A stretch of DNA of 64,000 bases from Ramazzottius varieornatus (GCA_001949185.1 BDGG01000003.1:2649158-2713157), one strand, 5' to 3'. Positions 32,691 to 46,704 are shown, counted from the first letter of the stretch. Translations and numbers: made by a program. The notes: generated by a model from the letters alone, not told the origin.

Positions 32691-33337
32691 CAGTATTCTT
32701 GATAGGGACTAATATCCCATAGTGCTCAATGGATGCTTTTCTTCCTTTTTCTTCTTCCTTATGCGTTAGAGTATTATATAGTTGGCACTCTTTGTGTCAT
32801 TTGACGTTTCGGGACATTTTACGCTTTTTCCAGTAAAGAAGAGAAATAATATGATGGTATTCTGCCCTCCGGATGCAAGCGTTTGTCTTACAATTAGCTC
32901 GATGAAGATAGTCGGCTATTAATTTTCTGGAATGCGATGGCACAGTTTCCTTCAGCAGGCTCAGATAAGCTTGCTGCCTGGACAACACGAAAAAACAGCC
33001 CACATAATAGCGGACAGGTGTTATCGCACACTGTATGACTTAGTGTATGTTATATATACGTATGTCATGTAACTCACGTCGGAAGTACGTACGTACAGTA
33101 GTGTATATACGTTTTGTTGTGGTTTTGTGGTTATTCCTCATCCCGCTGGGAGAATTTCATATTCCCTCTTCCATCACTCGTGTCGCCGTCGCTGTCCTCT
33201 TTTAGACAAGAATTGGACGGTACTTGGATAGGTCTCGCTGGTTTCAAGCTCTGAACTCGGAAGCTGGAACGGGAGTGACAGGAAACGCAGCAAATCTTCT
33301 CCACAGCCAGCAGTTTCTATACGACAGCAGTACCGAT

Positions 33338-34060
33338 ATGATTTTTACGCTGTACATCTTTGATCCGAACGGGAACTGCATATTTTACAAGGAATGGACC
33401 AGACGGCGACATCTGAAAATGGCGCAGGATGAGGTTGGTGTAACCGGAGTTGGCTCACACGGCGGAATTCGATGGGGGTCTTGAGGACCGAATTACTTGA
33501 CCAACTTGTGTATTGCAGGAATTCAAGCTAACCTACGGGCTTATTGCATCCATCAAGGCTTTCTCCACTCGACTATCACCCGTAGAGCCGTGAGTACTCG
33601 GATCACGGAACTAACGGGACATCTACTGTTCTTGTGCGAACTAGCGCGACGTAGTAATTTTATCGATTTCCTGCTTGCTCGTTGAAGATTTCTGCTTACA
33701 GGAAAGATGGCTTCCACAGCTTTGCGACGGATAAATACATCATGCATTTTTTCGAATCCACCACTTCAATGAAGTTCCTGTTGACAAGCGACTTGACGGC
33801 TCCCAGCTTACGGGACCTACTTCACCAAATTTTCCTCGTAAGTGATCCTTCCCGTGTCTTTTGAAGGTGATGCTTCGGAAATAGTTTGACATGCTTCCTC
33901 CTAGTCTTCTTTATTCAGCTTTTTTCTTTCCTAGATATACACAGAAACTGTGTGTCGGAATGTGCTGGTCCCTGCTCGCGGTCGAACAATCGACAGTCAG
34001 CTTTTTATTTCCAGACTAGAAACTGCCATTCAGCAGTCACCATATTTTTCCTCGAAATAA
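33338..34060 (+). CDS. TRAPPC1: TRAPP complex subunit 1 (Bet5)
   Basis: LYIFDPNGNCIFYKEW; EEFKLTYGLIASIK; YIMHFFESTTSMKFLLTSD; 4 exons. Confidence 0.9.
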
Positions 34061-34447
34061 TTCAGCCAGTCAAAATACTGTAAGTGCCGAGACCCAAGCT
34101 CTGTTTATTTCATGAAGAAACTCTCTCTCATTTCGCTACAAAATTTTTTGGAAGAGTTACATGCTTGATTAATGCATATAATCGAAACCCGCTTGATGAA
34201 CCGTAGAGCAGAACTGCCAAACTAAACATGTCAGTGAACGTTAAACAAGTCAAACAAGTATGAAACGACTTCCAGAACGTCTAGAAATAGCATTTAAAAC
34301 AACTGTAGAACTATCCTGTATTCCAGAACTCATTTGCCCACGTACTAGTACAGCGAAAGATCAACCGCAAGAGCTGCAAAACCTTCTGAAGTCTTCAAAA
34401 AGGAAACATAAGACAGAAAGGGTAAACTAGGAACGAACACAGAATTT

Positions 34448-37400
34448 TCACCATCGGTACTTCGAGCCGAGTGGCGCCGGTAAGATGCGAAAGGCGTCCA
34501 TGCAGTCCAGTACCCACTGAAGAGTTACATTCATACGAACTGCTGGAGTCGGACCGCTGTTATCACCAGCAGCTGCGGTGTTGGGCTGAGATGGCTGTTG
34601 AGCCTCACCACCTTCCTCGCTCTTCACATCACGGACATGAAAGCATCGAACTTGAAAGATTTCCGAACCTTCCGGAGCGTGTTTAAGAGGGGCTCTTGGT
34701 TTGCCTCGGGTCCCTGCGGCAGGAGTCATCTTCGGTATACACTTGGCACCAGCGGTCTCCACGAGGTCCACGAGCTCGAGCCAGACACCTTCCACGCTGC
34801 CGTCAAACACGAACGTACAGTCCGCGAATAAATTACCCTGCAAGTTCGAAGGAAATTGACCATTGAAGACTTGTAGTCATTCAACGTCGTAGTCGCGACA
34901 AGCTGTACCTTTTCATTCTCTCTCGCTCGCTTTGGTCCGCCTTCCATCCCGCTAACCGTTTCCTCAGTTCCCCGAATCTCGTACGACACTTCTGGCACTT
35001 TCACGCTATTCTTGGCACACATAAACAACCCTGTCACGGGAAAAAGAGAGACGTGCATCAGAATTACGCAAGAAAAAAACCCGGAGAACTTTCAAGAACT
35101 ATTCGGTAGGCGGCCGGGTAAGCCGGCAAGTGAAACCTACAAGATCGCTATCTTAACACACTGCGTACGACCGTCCTCTTTGTGTATACAATCACTCAGT
35201 TTTATTCACCTCCCAATTTTAGCTTTTGGTCTTTCGGGTCTGGGTCTTTTTGTTTGCATGTACCTCGGTCTTCTCACCAAAGCAACACTAATGACCAGCA
35301 GTCAGCAAACCCCAGCACGCTGTAAAGTTTTTCTACGGTTTCGGGTGGTTTTGGTGAAGTTTGGTGTTTCGTCTCTTCGCGCGAGACACGTGCACGGTAT
35401 TCGCTTAGAAAAACACTGGAGCACTGGGGACAGTCTTATCTATCGAAGCCGAGCCTGGGATAAATTTTGTAGTCATCGGTGCGGTCAGAAGAAAATCAGA
35501 AACGACCAGTTCCCCCTTTTGAGATTTGGCGTTCATGGCCTGCCAATTATCCGAATTTTGAAATTCTGAAAATTGCCTATTGGTTGGACCAGCCTCCGCA
35601 ACACGGTACCAGCCGATAAAATTCCTGTATACACAAAGAGCACGGTAGTATTCTGCAAACATGAAAACGATCGTGTTGAAAGTGTTAAGTGGCGCTTGCT
35701 TCCAGCCGTTGCAACCGAAAACGTACGCCACTTAGGGCTAACGATCTTCTCATTCTTGTCGATCGACATCCCATTAAACTTGTATTGCGCCATCCGTACT
35801 CACAGTCATAGGTGACGATCCACTTTTCCATCACTATGGCTTTCAGCAAGGACAGGGATCGCTTCGGACACACGGCTCGACCGCGATGTCCTCGGAGGTG
35901 TCTATCAGGTGTGCACACCACGTAATGCGTCATGCCATGGTTGATGGCGGAACTACAGCATCGAGAGACCTTCCAACCAAGTTCCCTGAAGCTCAACTTC
36001 TCAATCTCTCTCTTAACTTCCTCGGGTACTTCCGAGGAGACGATGATACACACTGATTCAGTGTTCCTTGAAGTCGATGTGATGACCAAGTGGGACTGTT
36101 GATCTGCCTGACGAGCCGACGCGCGACGGCCCACACTTCCGTGGCTCGAAGAACCTACGGAGAATGACTTTATGGGCCAAGCTTCAGTGTAGGCAAATAA
36201 GGTACTCTAAAAGGGGGAGGGCCAAAATCGAGTTTTCGACAAGTGACGTAGAAACTCCGGCTCGATGTAATCAACAGAGCAAGCGGCAGTTCACGTCTCT
36301 GGATTGCAGCTTGATCAGCTGTTTGCTTTCTGCGTCACGTCGATTTTGGCCTTGCCCCCTTTTAGAGTACCCTTATTTGCCTACACTGTACTTATGGGAG
36401 TTCGTACTAAAATATAGTGCTTCAAGTAGAAAATTTCTCAGACCTAAGCCTTGGGTAAAAAGGGAAACCAAAACGGGAGAAAAATCTGGGAAGTGTAACA
36501 CAAAAAGATCAATAAGATCGACCAGATAAAATTGAAAATAACAAACTGGCTCGTATTTTGGTTCAGTCGCTGTCGCTCCCTATTGTTATTACGGATGTAT
36601 TCGCATCGCTTTTGGGCTTTCTTCTAGCCGGACTTTCCATACATCCTAAATACTGCACCTCATCCTCTTCTTCCCCATTGTTGTTCCCCTTAGACCTCTC
36701 TACGGGAAGATAATTTCCCCTTAGACTCGTTCAAAGTTACAGGAACAGTATAAACCTTCTTACCTAAAGGTGTGGCAGGGATGAATTTAGCAGGAGGTTT
36801 GCCGTCGTCGCTGACTGGGCTCTTCTCTCGCTTACGGTTCATTCCGGAAGTGGCTCGCACAGCCGGCATGGAGATGCTAGCTCGGGGCGGTCCGGCAGCT
36901 ACAGCAGGCTTATTCTTGACTGGCTTGGGGGACTCTGAAGGTTTAAAGACAGTCAGGTTTGCATCTGTTGCAGCCTTGCGAACAGCGCACAGTTTGTCAA
37001 TCAAAGAATCGCCATCACCTACCACAACGACCAAAGCACAACGCTATGACACACGACACGGTAACCTCAAAGGCATTGAAAAGTACCAAGGAACTCACCT
37101 CCACTCGAAAAAGACGGAACCGGAGGTATCTCTTTCGCTTTGGGTTGAGGAACCGATTCTTTCGGGCTCGGTTGAGCTGGAGACTTGGCAAGCGCAGTAG
37201 CAGTGGTACTCACCACCTTAAGCTTGGATGGTGTCGGCGCTACCGCTTTGGAGGAACTGGGCGCTACTTCCGGGTTCGGTGGCGGTGGCGCTGGTTGGGT
37301 TACCTTGGCCGAACTATTCTTCTTTGGAGCCTCGACAGCTTCCTTAGCTTTCGTCGATGGCTGGACAGCCTCACCCACATCCTTCGGAGCCTCGAGGACT

Positions 37401-38851
37401 ACGGCAGGTTTCTTCGAGGACGCTTTGGCTGCAGGAGGAGTGTCAGGCAACTTGCTTGGCTTGTTCGATATCTGATCGACTGCTACTGAGCCACTGGGCC
37501 CCTCTTTGGATGGCTCTTCAACGGCATGAACTACTGTGGTGCCTTCGTTCTGATTTTGTCGGTCTGAAAAATCCGAAGGAAGAGATACCTTCAACACCAA
37601 AGTCTTCACCAATGGTCTTACCTGGAATGGATATGGTCACGCCGGTAGGACTTCCGGCATGGCTTGAAGGACTGTCGCTCACCGAGCTCGATGTACTTGC
37701 TCGACACGATACGTCAACTGGCGCAAGTCTCTCTAATGGCTGCACGCCCTCACTTTCTGTCAAAGTTTCCGTCAAGAACGCGTCAAAGAGATCCGCTGGA
37801 ACAGAGGGAACAGCCTGCTGCAGACCTGACAGAGGTTCTACTTGATCCAAAGTCTTTGCTGACTCTGTAGAAAACCGGAAGAGAATCAAGCACACATAAA
37901 ACTGACAATCTGACATCAAAAGCTCAAGTCGAGAATAGGTTAAGAGTACCGCTTTTTGCTTTGGTGTAGTCTTACCTGACAGCCAAGTCAGCAGTTGGTC
38001 AATGTCACCAGCTATCTCCAGCTCAGATGGACAAGGGACTGGCGGAGTGGGGATGCTTTTCGGCGTTCCACTTCTTGAAGAGACCCCTGAAAGACTAGCC
38101 ACTTTTCTGCCAGAGGGCAATCTACCAGTCGGGCTTCGTGAGTCGAAATTCTCTCCAGCCAAATACTGCAAGGCGTGGTCAGCTTTCAGAATCATCTTCA
38201 AACTTCCGGCCAGCAGCTCGCTGATGTAACTGAGTATCCGGAAGTAATCAGGCTTCTTGTCTCCACTGACGTGGTGCTGCTTCGCCAGCTCTTTCAGCTC
38301 GTCGCCCAGGTTGATTCGACCTTCTCCCGTTCCACATCCGCTGCAAATGACGGAAAACTTACCTTCTTGCTCAATGCATTATACTGACTTTATTCCTGTA
38401 TCAATATTCCTACCCGTTGCAACCAGCAAAATTGTCAATCTCAACCTTCCTCATCAGTGCAGGAATGTGCTCACTGCAAACATCAAGCAAGTGATCAGCA
38501 GTCCAGTCTTCAAGAGTTTTGTTTCCAGAAAGTAGAAACTGAAAACCGGGAATGTCGCACTTACCCTAAGGCGTAACGAAGCATTCCAGCATTTCGTGCG
38601 ATGGTACGACGAACACCGAGGAAATTCGGCGGTGGTTCGGACTTGATCGGTGGGGTGTCAGGCTTTGCCTCTTTCAGAGGAGGACGATACATGTAGTAGT
38701 TGGGATCATGCAGAGCTGCTCGATGCCGGTCGAGTGGAAATTTTCTTCGTGATCCAGAAGGGACTGCGCCGCTCTGCTCGTCCTCTTCGTTGAATGTTAC
38801 GGCATCGCTGAAGATGTCGTCCAAAGACATCTCCTCCAGGTCTCTGTTCAT
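34448..38851 (-). CDS. Tandem-BRCT protein with BARD1/BRCA1-type C-terminus and long low-complexity middle
   Basis: BRCT1 THYVVC...RSLSLLKAIVMEKWIVTYDW; linker YEIRG...GPKRAREN; BRCT2 LFADCTFVFDG...LVETAGA...WVLDCMDAFRILP. Upstream exons are Pro/Lys/Ser-rich. The 5' end is uncertain. Confidence 0.75.
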
Positions 38852-39354
38852 GGCTGACGTTGGCAGGGAAAGCTGTACAGTGGAAGAAGCCTGGAAGAAC
38901 AAGCTTACAAGAAAAACATCGGCTGAACTTCACCCAACAATTGATCAATCTTCCGTCCAAGGCAAGGAGACAGGCACAAGGATTCTGAAGTGATGGTGAC
39001 CTACCTCGAAGTGTAACTGCCTGATCCTCGAGGAAATCAACTCTTCTACGGAACCAAAAGGAAGAACTAAAGGATTATGGGTTGAACATCAGGACCTGCA
39101 GGAAGATAAGACCGTAGGAGGACTGGAGGAAAAGTGATGGACGAAGAACAAAGATTCAAAGAAGCCGCAAATTCCCATTTTCCAAAATTTAAACAACAAC
39201 AAAGACGCTAGATGAGAGGGGGAGATAACAGTTGTTACGGTCAGCGATTCGGACCACCTGACTCGGAGCGGTTCCAAGGTCGACCTGTACCGCTGAAGCA
39301 AGGAGGATTCGCAATTGTTGGACCATAACAGAATGGTTGACTGCACTGGTAACA

Positions 39355-39535
39355 TAGAGATTGCGAGCGAAAGCGCACTAGTACAATTCGCTACGCATAT
39401 GAACTTCGTGACGTCATATGTAAACATCGTTCGACTCTTCTAACACGGAGCCTGCGAGACGAACTTGTTCCTATGATGTCACGATGTTCCTGAGCGTATC
39501 GAATTGTACTAGTGCGGATCACTTCGCAATCTGCA
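39355..39535. mobile_element. MITE, family shared with 62274-62530
   Basis: TAGAGATTGCGAGCGAAAGCGCACTAGTACAATTCGCTACGC ... GCGTATCGAATTGTACTAGTGCG inverted ends. The interior matches the reverse complement of ~62365-62530. Confidence 0.75.
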
Positions 39536-39602
39536 TCCTCACGACAGGCCGTAAAACTCAGTGTTGTTCCGACTTTTTCAGGTTCAATTGCAATTACGAT
39601 TA

Positions 39603-41571
39603 CTGTAAAGTGCTGATCCGCTGGGTCACTTTTCGGACCCACTTAGCGTAATGAGGCCCCCGGGGGTGTGGCCTTTTCACACAGTTGTTTGCAGTCGATA
39701 AATACCTGGTTTGATTTTTACATTTAATTTCAGTTTTCGTTTCCCACTGACCACTTGCTGGTTTGAATCATCTCTTGCTTCTGATAAATTCCTCCTTTGG
39801 TGCCTTTGTTTTGCGCGACGATGAGCCAAATCACTGTAAAGTCCGGAAGCGGAACCAGCACGACTACACCGATGCGGAAAGACTTCGCATCGCGGACGAT
39901 TACGAACTGGAGAAGAGCGTCAGTGGAGTTTCTATACGAAAATATGCCTTCCGTGTGAACATCCCTAAGTCAACACTGATCCGCTGGGTTTCAAAATCTG
40001 CAGGACCGCCGAAAATCTGCAAGAGGCGACCTGTGACGTACTCGAAGGTGGAAACAGAAGTGTATCGCTATGTCCTAGATCAGCGTCACCGGTGTCTGGA
40101 AGTGTCCAACAGAGACGTGCAGGAGAAGGTCGTGCTCCGGGATCATGGTGAAACAGGCTTCAAGGCATCGAACAGATGGACCTTGGACCTTCGAAACCGC
40201 TACGGGATCGTATACCGAGCGATAACGCACATCAGCGGCAAGTTAACGTTTACCGCCAAGGATCTAGTAAGTGCCTGGTTTTAATAAAACTGGACGAACA
40301 ATTTCACGAGACTGCTTGCCATCAAGGCTTGAGTGTTATATATGATGGTTGGCCGGACGGTGTGGAGCATATTAATGAATAGTTGAAACCAGGTTTTATT
40401 TTCAGGAATCGCACAGCTTCTTCTTCCTTCAAATCCAGGAGTACGTTTACCACAGGAATACCCCGAATAGCCGCATCCTTAACTCAGACCAAACCATGAT
40501 CCGTCTGGCTATTCCCGAAAGAAGACTTTGTTTCCCAAAGGAGTGAAACAGGTGGGAGCAAGCCTGATACAACAGTCCTGAAATTTGTGCGAGAAGCTGA
40601 AGCTTCTCTTTCGCTGACTGGAACTGTTACAGGTACCTGTGAAGCATCCACAAGGCGACAAAGAAAGCATGACCATCAACCTGACGATTAAGGCTGACGG
40701 CACGAAATTTCCGGCCGAAATAATTTTCAAGATGGCGGCCAAATCAGGAAAACTTGCGGACAGCTATCTGAAGAAACTCAACGCGCCTTCTAATGTCGTA
40801 ATTTTCAGTGCAAAAAAAGCCTGGTGGAATCAAGAAATCGTGATAGATTATCATAACATGCACTTCCCTGCGCCAGTAGAAAAAGATCAGATGACAGTGC
40901 TGTTTCGGGATCAGTTTTCGATCCACGAAATGGACGAGAATGTCGATAGTCTGGAGTGGCGTAACGTACAGCAGATCCTGATTCCCCCTGGGATGACCGG
41001 TCAGTGGCAACCTGTCGACGTAAGTGTGAATAAACCCTTCAAGGACTATTTCAAGGAAGAATACCGTAACTGGCGCAAGAATAACATCAACTTCAGTAAG
41101 TCAGGATATATTCAGAAGCCAAACAGAAGACACTTCGTGCAGTTCATCTCGGACGCTTGGGAAAAGATAACTCCGGAGGTTGTTCAGGGATCTTTCTACG
41201 CGGCTCTCATCTTACGTAGGGATGAATTTCTGCCCAAAGAACCATCGGAAGATATCGCAGGATCGACTGTAGATTTGGACGCAGATGAAGAAGAGAATAT
41301 TCTGGATATCAGTATCTACAACGAGTCGTCTTTCTTAGATTCTGGTCATGAAGATGAAGGCAATGATGAAGCTTCTGCGAATGATTCTGGATGCGAGATG
41401 TCTGAAGAGTAAAACACTCGAAAGTGTCATGGACCGTTCGTTACGGGAACGAGCTGTCCAAAACTAATGTACAGTGAACTACAGCTGATCCTCCTATGTT
41501 TGGCTTTTTGCTAGCGATATCAATACACGCATCGGGTTCGAAAAGTGACCCAGCTGATCAGCACTTTACAG
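39603..41571 (+). mobile_element. pogo-superfamily DNA transposon (DD35D), TA target duplication
   Basis: TA|CTGTAAAGTGCTGATCCGCTGGGTCACTTTTCGGACCC ... GGGTTCGAAAAGTGACCCAGCTGATCAGCACTTTACAG|TA; 38-bp TIRs with 2 mismatches. Confidence 0.93.
39820..41412 (+). pseudogene. pogo transposase with two predicted introns and a frameshift near 40520
   Basis: HTH SIRKYAFRVNIPKSTLIRW; FKASNRW; NSDQT; FRD-35aa-D (QPVDVSVNKPFK); acidic tail. No clean in-frame ATG. Confidence 0.85.
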
Positions 41572-42343
41572 TAATCGGAACGTAGCAGCAATTTGAATTG
41601 CAGGTAACTCGTCCTGGCTGGATCATCAATCATGATTAATTCAAATTCAAGTTCTCAACAACAATTGAAATTATTCGTATTATTGGGATGGTGTTTTGTA
41701 ATTTTAGTTTTCGTAAAAGGGCATTTCTGTTCGGTGCCACGCGTCGGATGGGTAAGCGTTCAGATTGACCCTCTGGTATTTCGCGGTGAACACGTCGTTC
41801 CCAAGGTACCCAGTACGGATGGCTGTCGTCAATACGGACTGTTATGCTCCATGAAGTAGCTACGGTAAATACGAACCACACTGGAGAAACAGAACCCTAG
41901 CAGGATCCACCGGGTGTTGCTCACGTACACGTCATACAATGACGAAATACAGCTTCGCAAAGAACTTTGTACGCATTGTGGTTTTGCTGTGTACGTGCAC
42001 CAGCACACCGCTAGTCACTCAATCAAGTACTGACGGTGCTTTACAAGGCGAGAGAGCGATCTGTCCCCGCGCATTTCGCGTGCTTCCTTGCTGTCAGTTA
42101 TTAATCGAATTACCAACATCTTGGACTTCAGTTGTACATTAAAATATCTTCTCGTTCTTGGAATTCCGATTCAATACCGATTGATATCGAATTGACCAAC
42201 CCAGAATTTGCAATTGGAATTTGCAATGTCGGAATTGAAAAACCGTCAAATTTGACTATTTCCAATTACGAATTACATTATTCGGAACAACACTGCCGGT
42301 AAAACTGCTTTGACTATGTTGATCTTGAAAGTGGATCACGAAG

Positions 42344-42393
42344 TTTCGCTTTCAAGATAAGCAGCCCTCGAGTAGCTTATCGTGAAAGCGAAA
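42344..42393. repeat. Short hairpin/inverted repeat (19-bp arms)
   Basis: TTTCGCTTTCAAGATAAGC-N12-GCTTATCGTGAAAGCGAAA. Confidence 0.7.
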
Positions 42394-42756
42394 ACGGATT
42401 TTTCTCTACACACTTGGCTCCAAATTTCAAATTTTCATCTCAGCTGATCTCTGTCTGCACAGTGCTTCACGCTGCGAGATACCGTTTCACGTATGAGCTT
42501 CTTGGTACCTATTAGTGTCGGGGATATCGACAGACAGCGACTAGCCAGAGAGAAAAACATAAATTTCAGCCTAGTCAGGAGGCAAATTTTGCCTACGAAC
42601 CTACCCCGCAGAACTCGCGCATTTCCGGTCCCGTTTCCGAGACTTTCAGAAAACGCAATTTTGCCTCACTCACGACTGATTCCAGTTGATCAAGCAAACT
42701 CAAATTTTAAATCAACCGCTTGCGACATAAACAGCTCGTCGTGAGGAGGACTAATA

Positions 42757-42882
42757 CTGTATTTCCNNNNNNNNNNNNNNNNNNNNNNNNNNNNNNNNNN
42801 NNNNNNNNNNNNNNNNNNNNNNNNNNNNNNNNNNNNNNNNNNNNNNNNNNNNNNNNNNNNNNAAACCTTAGAGGTAATACAG
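42757..42882. mobile_element. Probable third pogo-type element collapsed into an assembly gap
   Basis: TA|CTGTATT before the N-run and AATACAG|TA after it; same termini as the element at 825-2566. Confidence 0.6.
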
Positions 42883-43133
42883 TAATTTTCTTTTGTTTTC
42901 CGCTCCCCGAATCCTGATTAATGTGAGGCTTCCCCTGTCTGCTGGAGTTTTCTATGAACATGATATCCTTCTCGTACTTTGTTGGAACAAACCGGATACA
43001 CGGATGAACTTGCTTTACACGAAAGATGAACTGTGTGAATCGAGGGCGCAACTTGCTGGAGCGGAGTGTGACTTCCGGTGGCAGTGTTATTCGACAGTAC
43101 GGTTACCTGTTGGAGTTATCGGCATTTCCTCCT

Positions 43134-43848
<715 letters not shown>

Positions 43849-43960
43849 ACATACGATTCGAAGAACCTTTCAGTGAATCAGATGTTTCATCATTGGTAAT
43901 CTTAGCTCAACGCACTTTTCCACAGGGAGAAACTGAACGTGAAAAGGGAGAGAGAAAACA

Positions 43961-44901
43961 TTAATGTTTGAGTTTCTGTCTTGACGTCGTCGGTTCCGTT
44001 TCGTACTCGACTTCAACACGAGCTCGTTTTCTCTTGAAGAACGGTACTTCAGGTTCTTCTTCCACTTCCTCCTCCGCTTCATCTTCCTCTTCCCACGCAT
44101 CTTCCATGTCTTCGATTTCCTCGTCGCTTTCCTCAAACTGATCCGCTGCGATATACTGCACTTTGCCCACATCCTCGTCCTCCATTTCTTCCTCGTCTTC
44201 CACCTCTTCATCGTCATCGTCGTCCTCTTCAGCCTCTCCTTCTTCTTCCAGACCACCCAAAGCTTTATCGAAGACTTTCTGTGGAAAATTGTAAATCTCA
44301 CCGTAGGTTCCCTGCTTCAGTCGCTCGAGCAGTTCTTTCTCGATATTCTTTTCGAGGTTCGCGGCACGCAAAGCTTTCTCCTCCCGCCGCAGTTCTCGAC
44401 GTTCATGCTTCTTCTGAATAGGGACAATCTTTTTCTGTCTCTTCAAAGTCAGCTTGCGCGTGGTAATGAGGTACTGGGTTATCTTGGTCATCCGCTGCTT
44501 GCATTTGTGACGAATCCATTTCGGCCAGTGAATAAGACGATCGTTAATTTGCTGCAGCGCCTTTTCGTAACTCTTCGACAACTACAAGCAGAAATCACCG
44601 ATAAATTCTTCACTTCGAAAATACAGGAAAGATGTTTACAGGCCATGGTTCGTACCTTGACTTTCTCCCACGTTTTGGCAGGAAAATGTGATCGCTCAAT
44701 GGTTTTGACGAAGAGGTATATGACGCCTTCTTCTTCTCGAACCGTGGCATATTGGCTATTAGCGAGCGGACAGGAAGTCGCGCTGCACAGTCCGGTAAGG
44801 TTGAACTCGTTGCGGCAGAACTTCTGGGACTTTGTGACAACTTTGAAGGAGCAGAAAGCAGAGTTCAGGATACTCCAGACGACGTCGTCCGATTGCGCCA
44901 T
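43961..44901 (-). CDS. MAK16: Ribosome biogenesis protein MAK16
   Basis: [10 protein letters not shown]; [27 protein letters not shown]; [14 protein letters not shown]; [21 protein letters not shown]; acidic tail. Confidence 0.96.
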
Positions 44902-45363
44902 ACTATCGAGAGGATGATGGTGTTCGCCAGTAAATGCGGACGTGCTCGCCGTCTAGGAACTCAGGTTCCTACAAGCACATCTGTCAGAGCGGGCCACAGG
45001 ATACTCTCCAGTCATATAAGTCTGGATTTCATGAGCACGGAACACAGGAGGAACAGACAGTGGGCAAGGAATCGGAAGTGCCGGACGAGTCGACGACGTT
45101 GCTTCTGGTAGGGCTTCCGGCCCCAAAATATTAAATGGTGTGGGGGACAGACACGGAAACAATGTACAAAGAAAAGTTTTTCGCCTGAAATCCCGGCTTC
45201 GAGCTGGCTTCCCCGGGGGTCCGTGATTAGACAGTTTTCAATCGTGACTTTTTCTGGATTCTCCGATGTTCCATCACTTCCATGTTTGCGTTTTTCTCTG
45301 ACATCTTACCTATCCTGTGTCTATCTCTATTCCCGAGCCATCCGTTCGCACTGTCTCATAATC

Positions 45364-46488
45364 ATGGAGCCCAAGACGGGATACGACTACACGGGAAAGG
45401 AGGAAGACTTCGTCAACACACCTATCTCGACGGGGGTATGCTGAGGCATTGAAACGTCTCTGTCTACCGATTCCACTGCAAGCAATGTAGTCCATGTTCA
45501 AGACGGCTAACACTGCTGGGTTCTTTTTCAGACAACGATCGTTGCTGTGGAGTACGGTGAAGGATTGGAGACTGGGATCGTGATAGGAGCCGACTCTCGA
45601 ACAACTTCGGGGTAGGTATGCGCCTCTCGAATCAACAAGCGCTATTCAACTACGAGTCTATGACCATTGGACAGTGGAACCATAATTATCCTTTCTGTGG
45701 CGGCTAACCTTCGTGTTTCTGTGCTTCCAGAACGTACGTCTCAAACCGCTTCACGGATAAGCTGACACGTGTGACGGAGAATATTTATTGCTGTCGATCT
45801 GGCTCTGCTGCCGATACCCAAGCGATTGCGGACATAGTTGCGTATCACTTGAGCCTTCTTGAGTGAGTTTGCATACCGAAAGTTCCTTCCAGTGCATCGC
45901 ATCGAGATGCTGGATGTCAGTGTTGCGATATGCTCAACTGTCTTGTGGTGCTACAGAGTGCAGACTGGAGAACCCCCGAGAGTTCGAGTAGCTGCAAAGC
46001 TTTTCCAAGAACTGTGTTACAATAACCGCGATTCGCTGATGGCTGGCATCATCTGTGCTGGATGGGACCGCTACGAAGGAGGACAGGTAAATCTCGGTTT
46101 CCATTTATGGACAGGGCTTACTGCTGATTGCTTTCAAATCGTTTTAGTGTTACACGATTCCTGTCGGAGGTATGTGCGTCCGTCAGCCCGTGTGCACAGG
46201 TGGTTCCGGAAGCACGTACGTTTTCGGTTATGTCGATCAGAATTACAAGAAGGGAATGAATAAGGATCAGTGCCTCCAGTTCGTAGCAAACTGTAAGTCG
46301 CGAAGCGTAAGTCATATTCATCTGGGGTGATGAGCTCTGTATCGGAACGTGCTTTTTTAGATGTCGCTCTCGCCATCTCGCGTGATAACGCTAGTGGTGG
46401 TGTTGTTCGATTAGCCACCATCAGCAAGAACGGTCTGGAACGTTTTAATTTACTTGACAAGGCCATTCCACAACATTGGGAAGGCTAG
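45364..46488 (+). CDS. PSMB6: Proteasome subunit beta-1 (beta type-6)
   Basis: Propeptide ...PISTG followed by TTIVAVEY (catalytic Thr1); GADSRTTSG; [15 protein letters not shown]; [11 protein letters not shown]; [10 protein letters not shown]. Confidence 0.94.
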
Positions 46489-46704
46489 GAAAAGAAACCT
46501 CCCACATCTTGTCATCTTCTCCTCTGGTTCGTAAGCTCATAAAACCGTGGGCAAGTCAGCTCTCAGATATTTAATAGTAAAACACTGTTTTCGCTTTTTT
46601 AACTGAATATACAGTTAACCGCTGAAACAATGCTTTCAAGCTAGCATGGAACTACGTCGATAAAATTTTCTCTGAGCATCATGTTCGAAACATGGAAATG
46701 TGGG

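Larger units (their letters stand above)
39559..42295. mobile_element. Non-autonomous TIR element (CAGTGTTG, hAT-like ends) hosting a pogo insertion
   Basis: Perfect 14-bp TIR CAGTGTTGTTCCGA / TCGGAACAACACTG; CAATTACGA/GGAATT subterminal motifs. Flanks are CCGTAAAACT (left) and CCGGTAAAACT (right). Confidence 0.7.

Noticed and set aside
35405-35793. ORFs inside the ~770-bp intron of the BRCT gene
   Set aside because: No recognisable motif or convincing splice context; cannot support a nested gene.
45364-45545. Intron exactly at the PSMB6 propeptide/Thr1 junction
   Set aside because: Real, but likely an ancestral intron position rather than a novelty.
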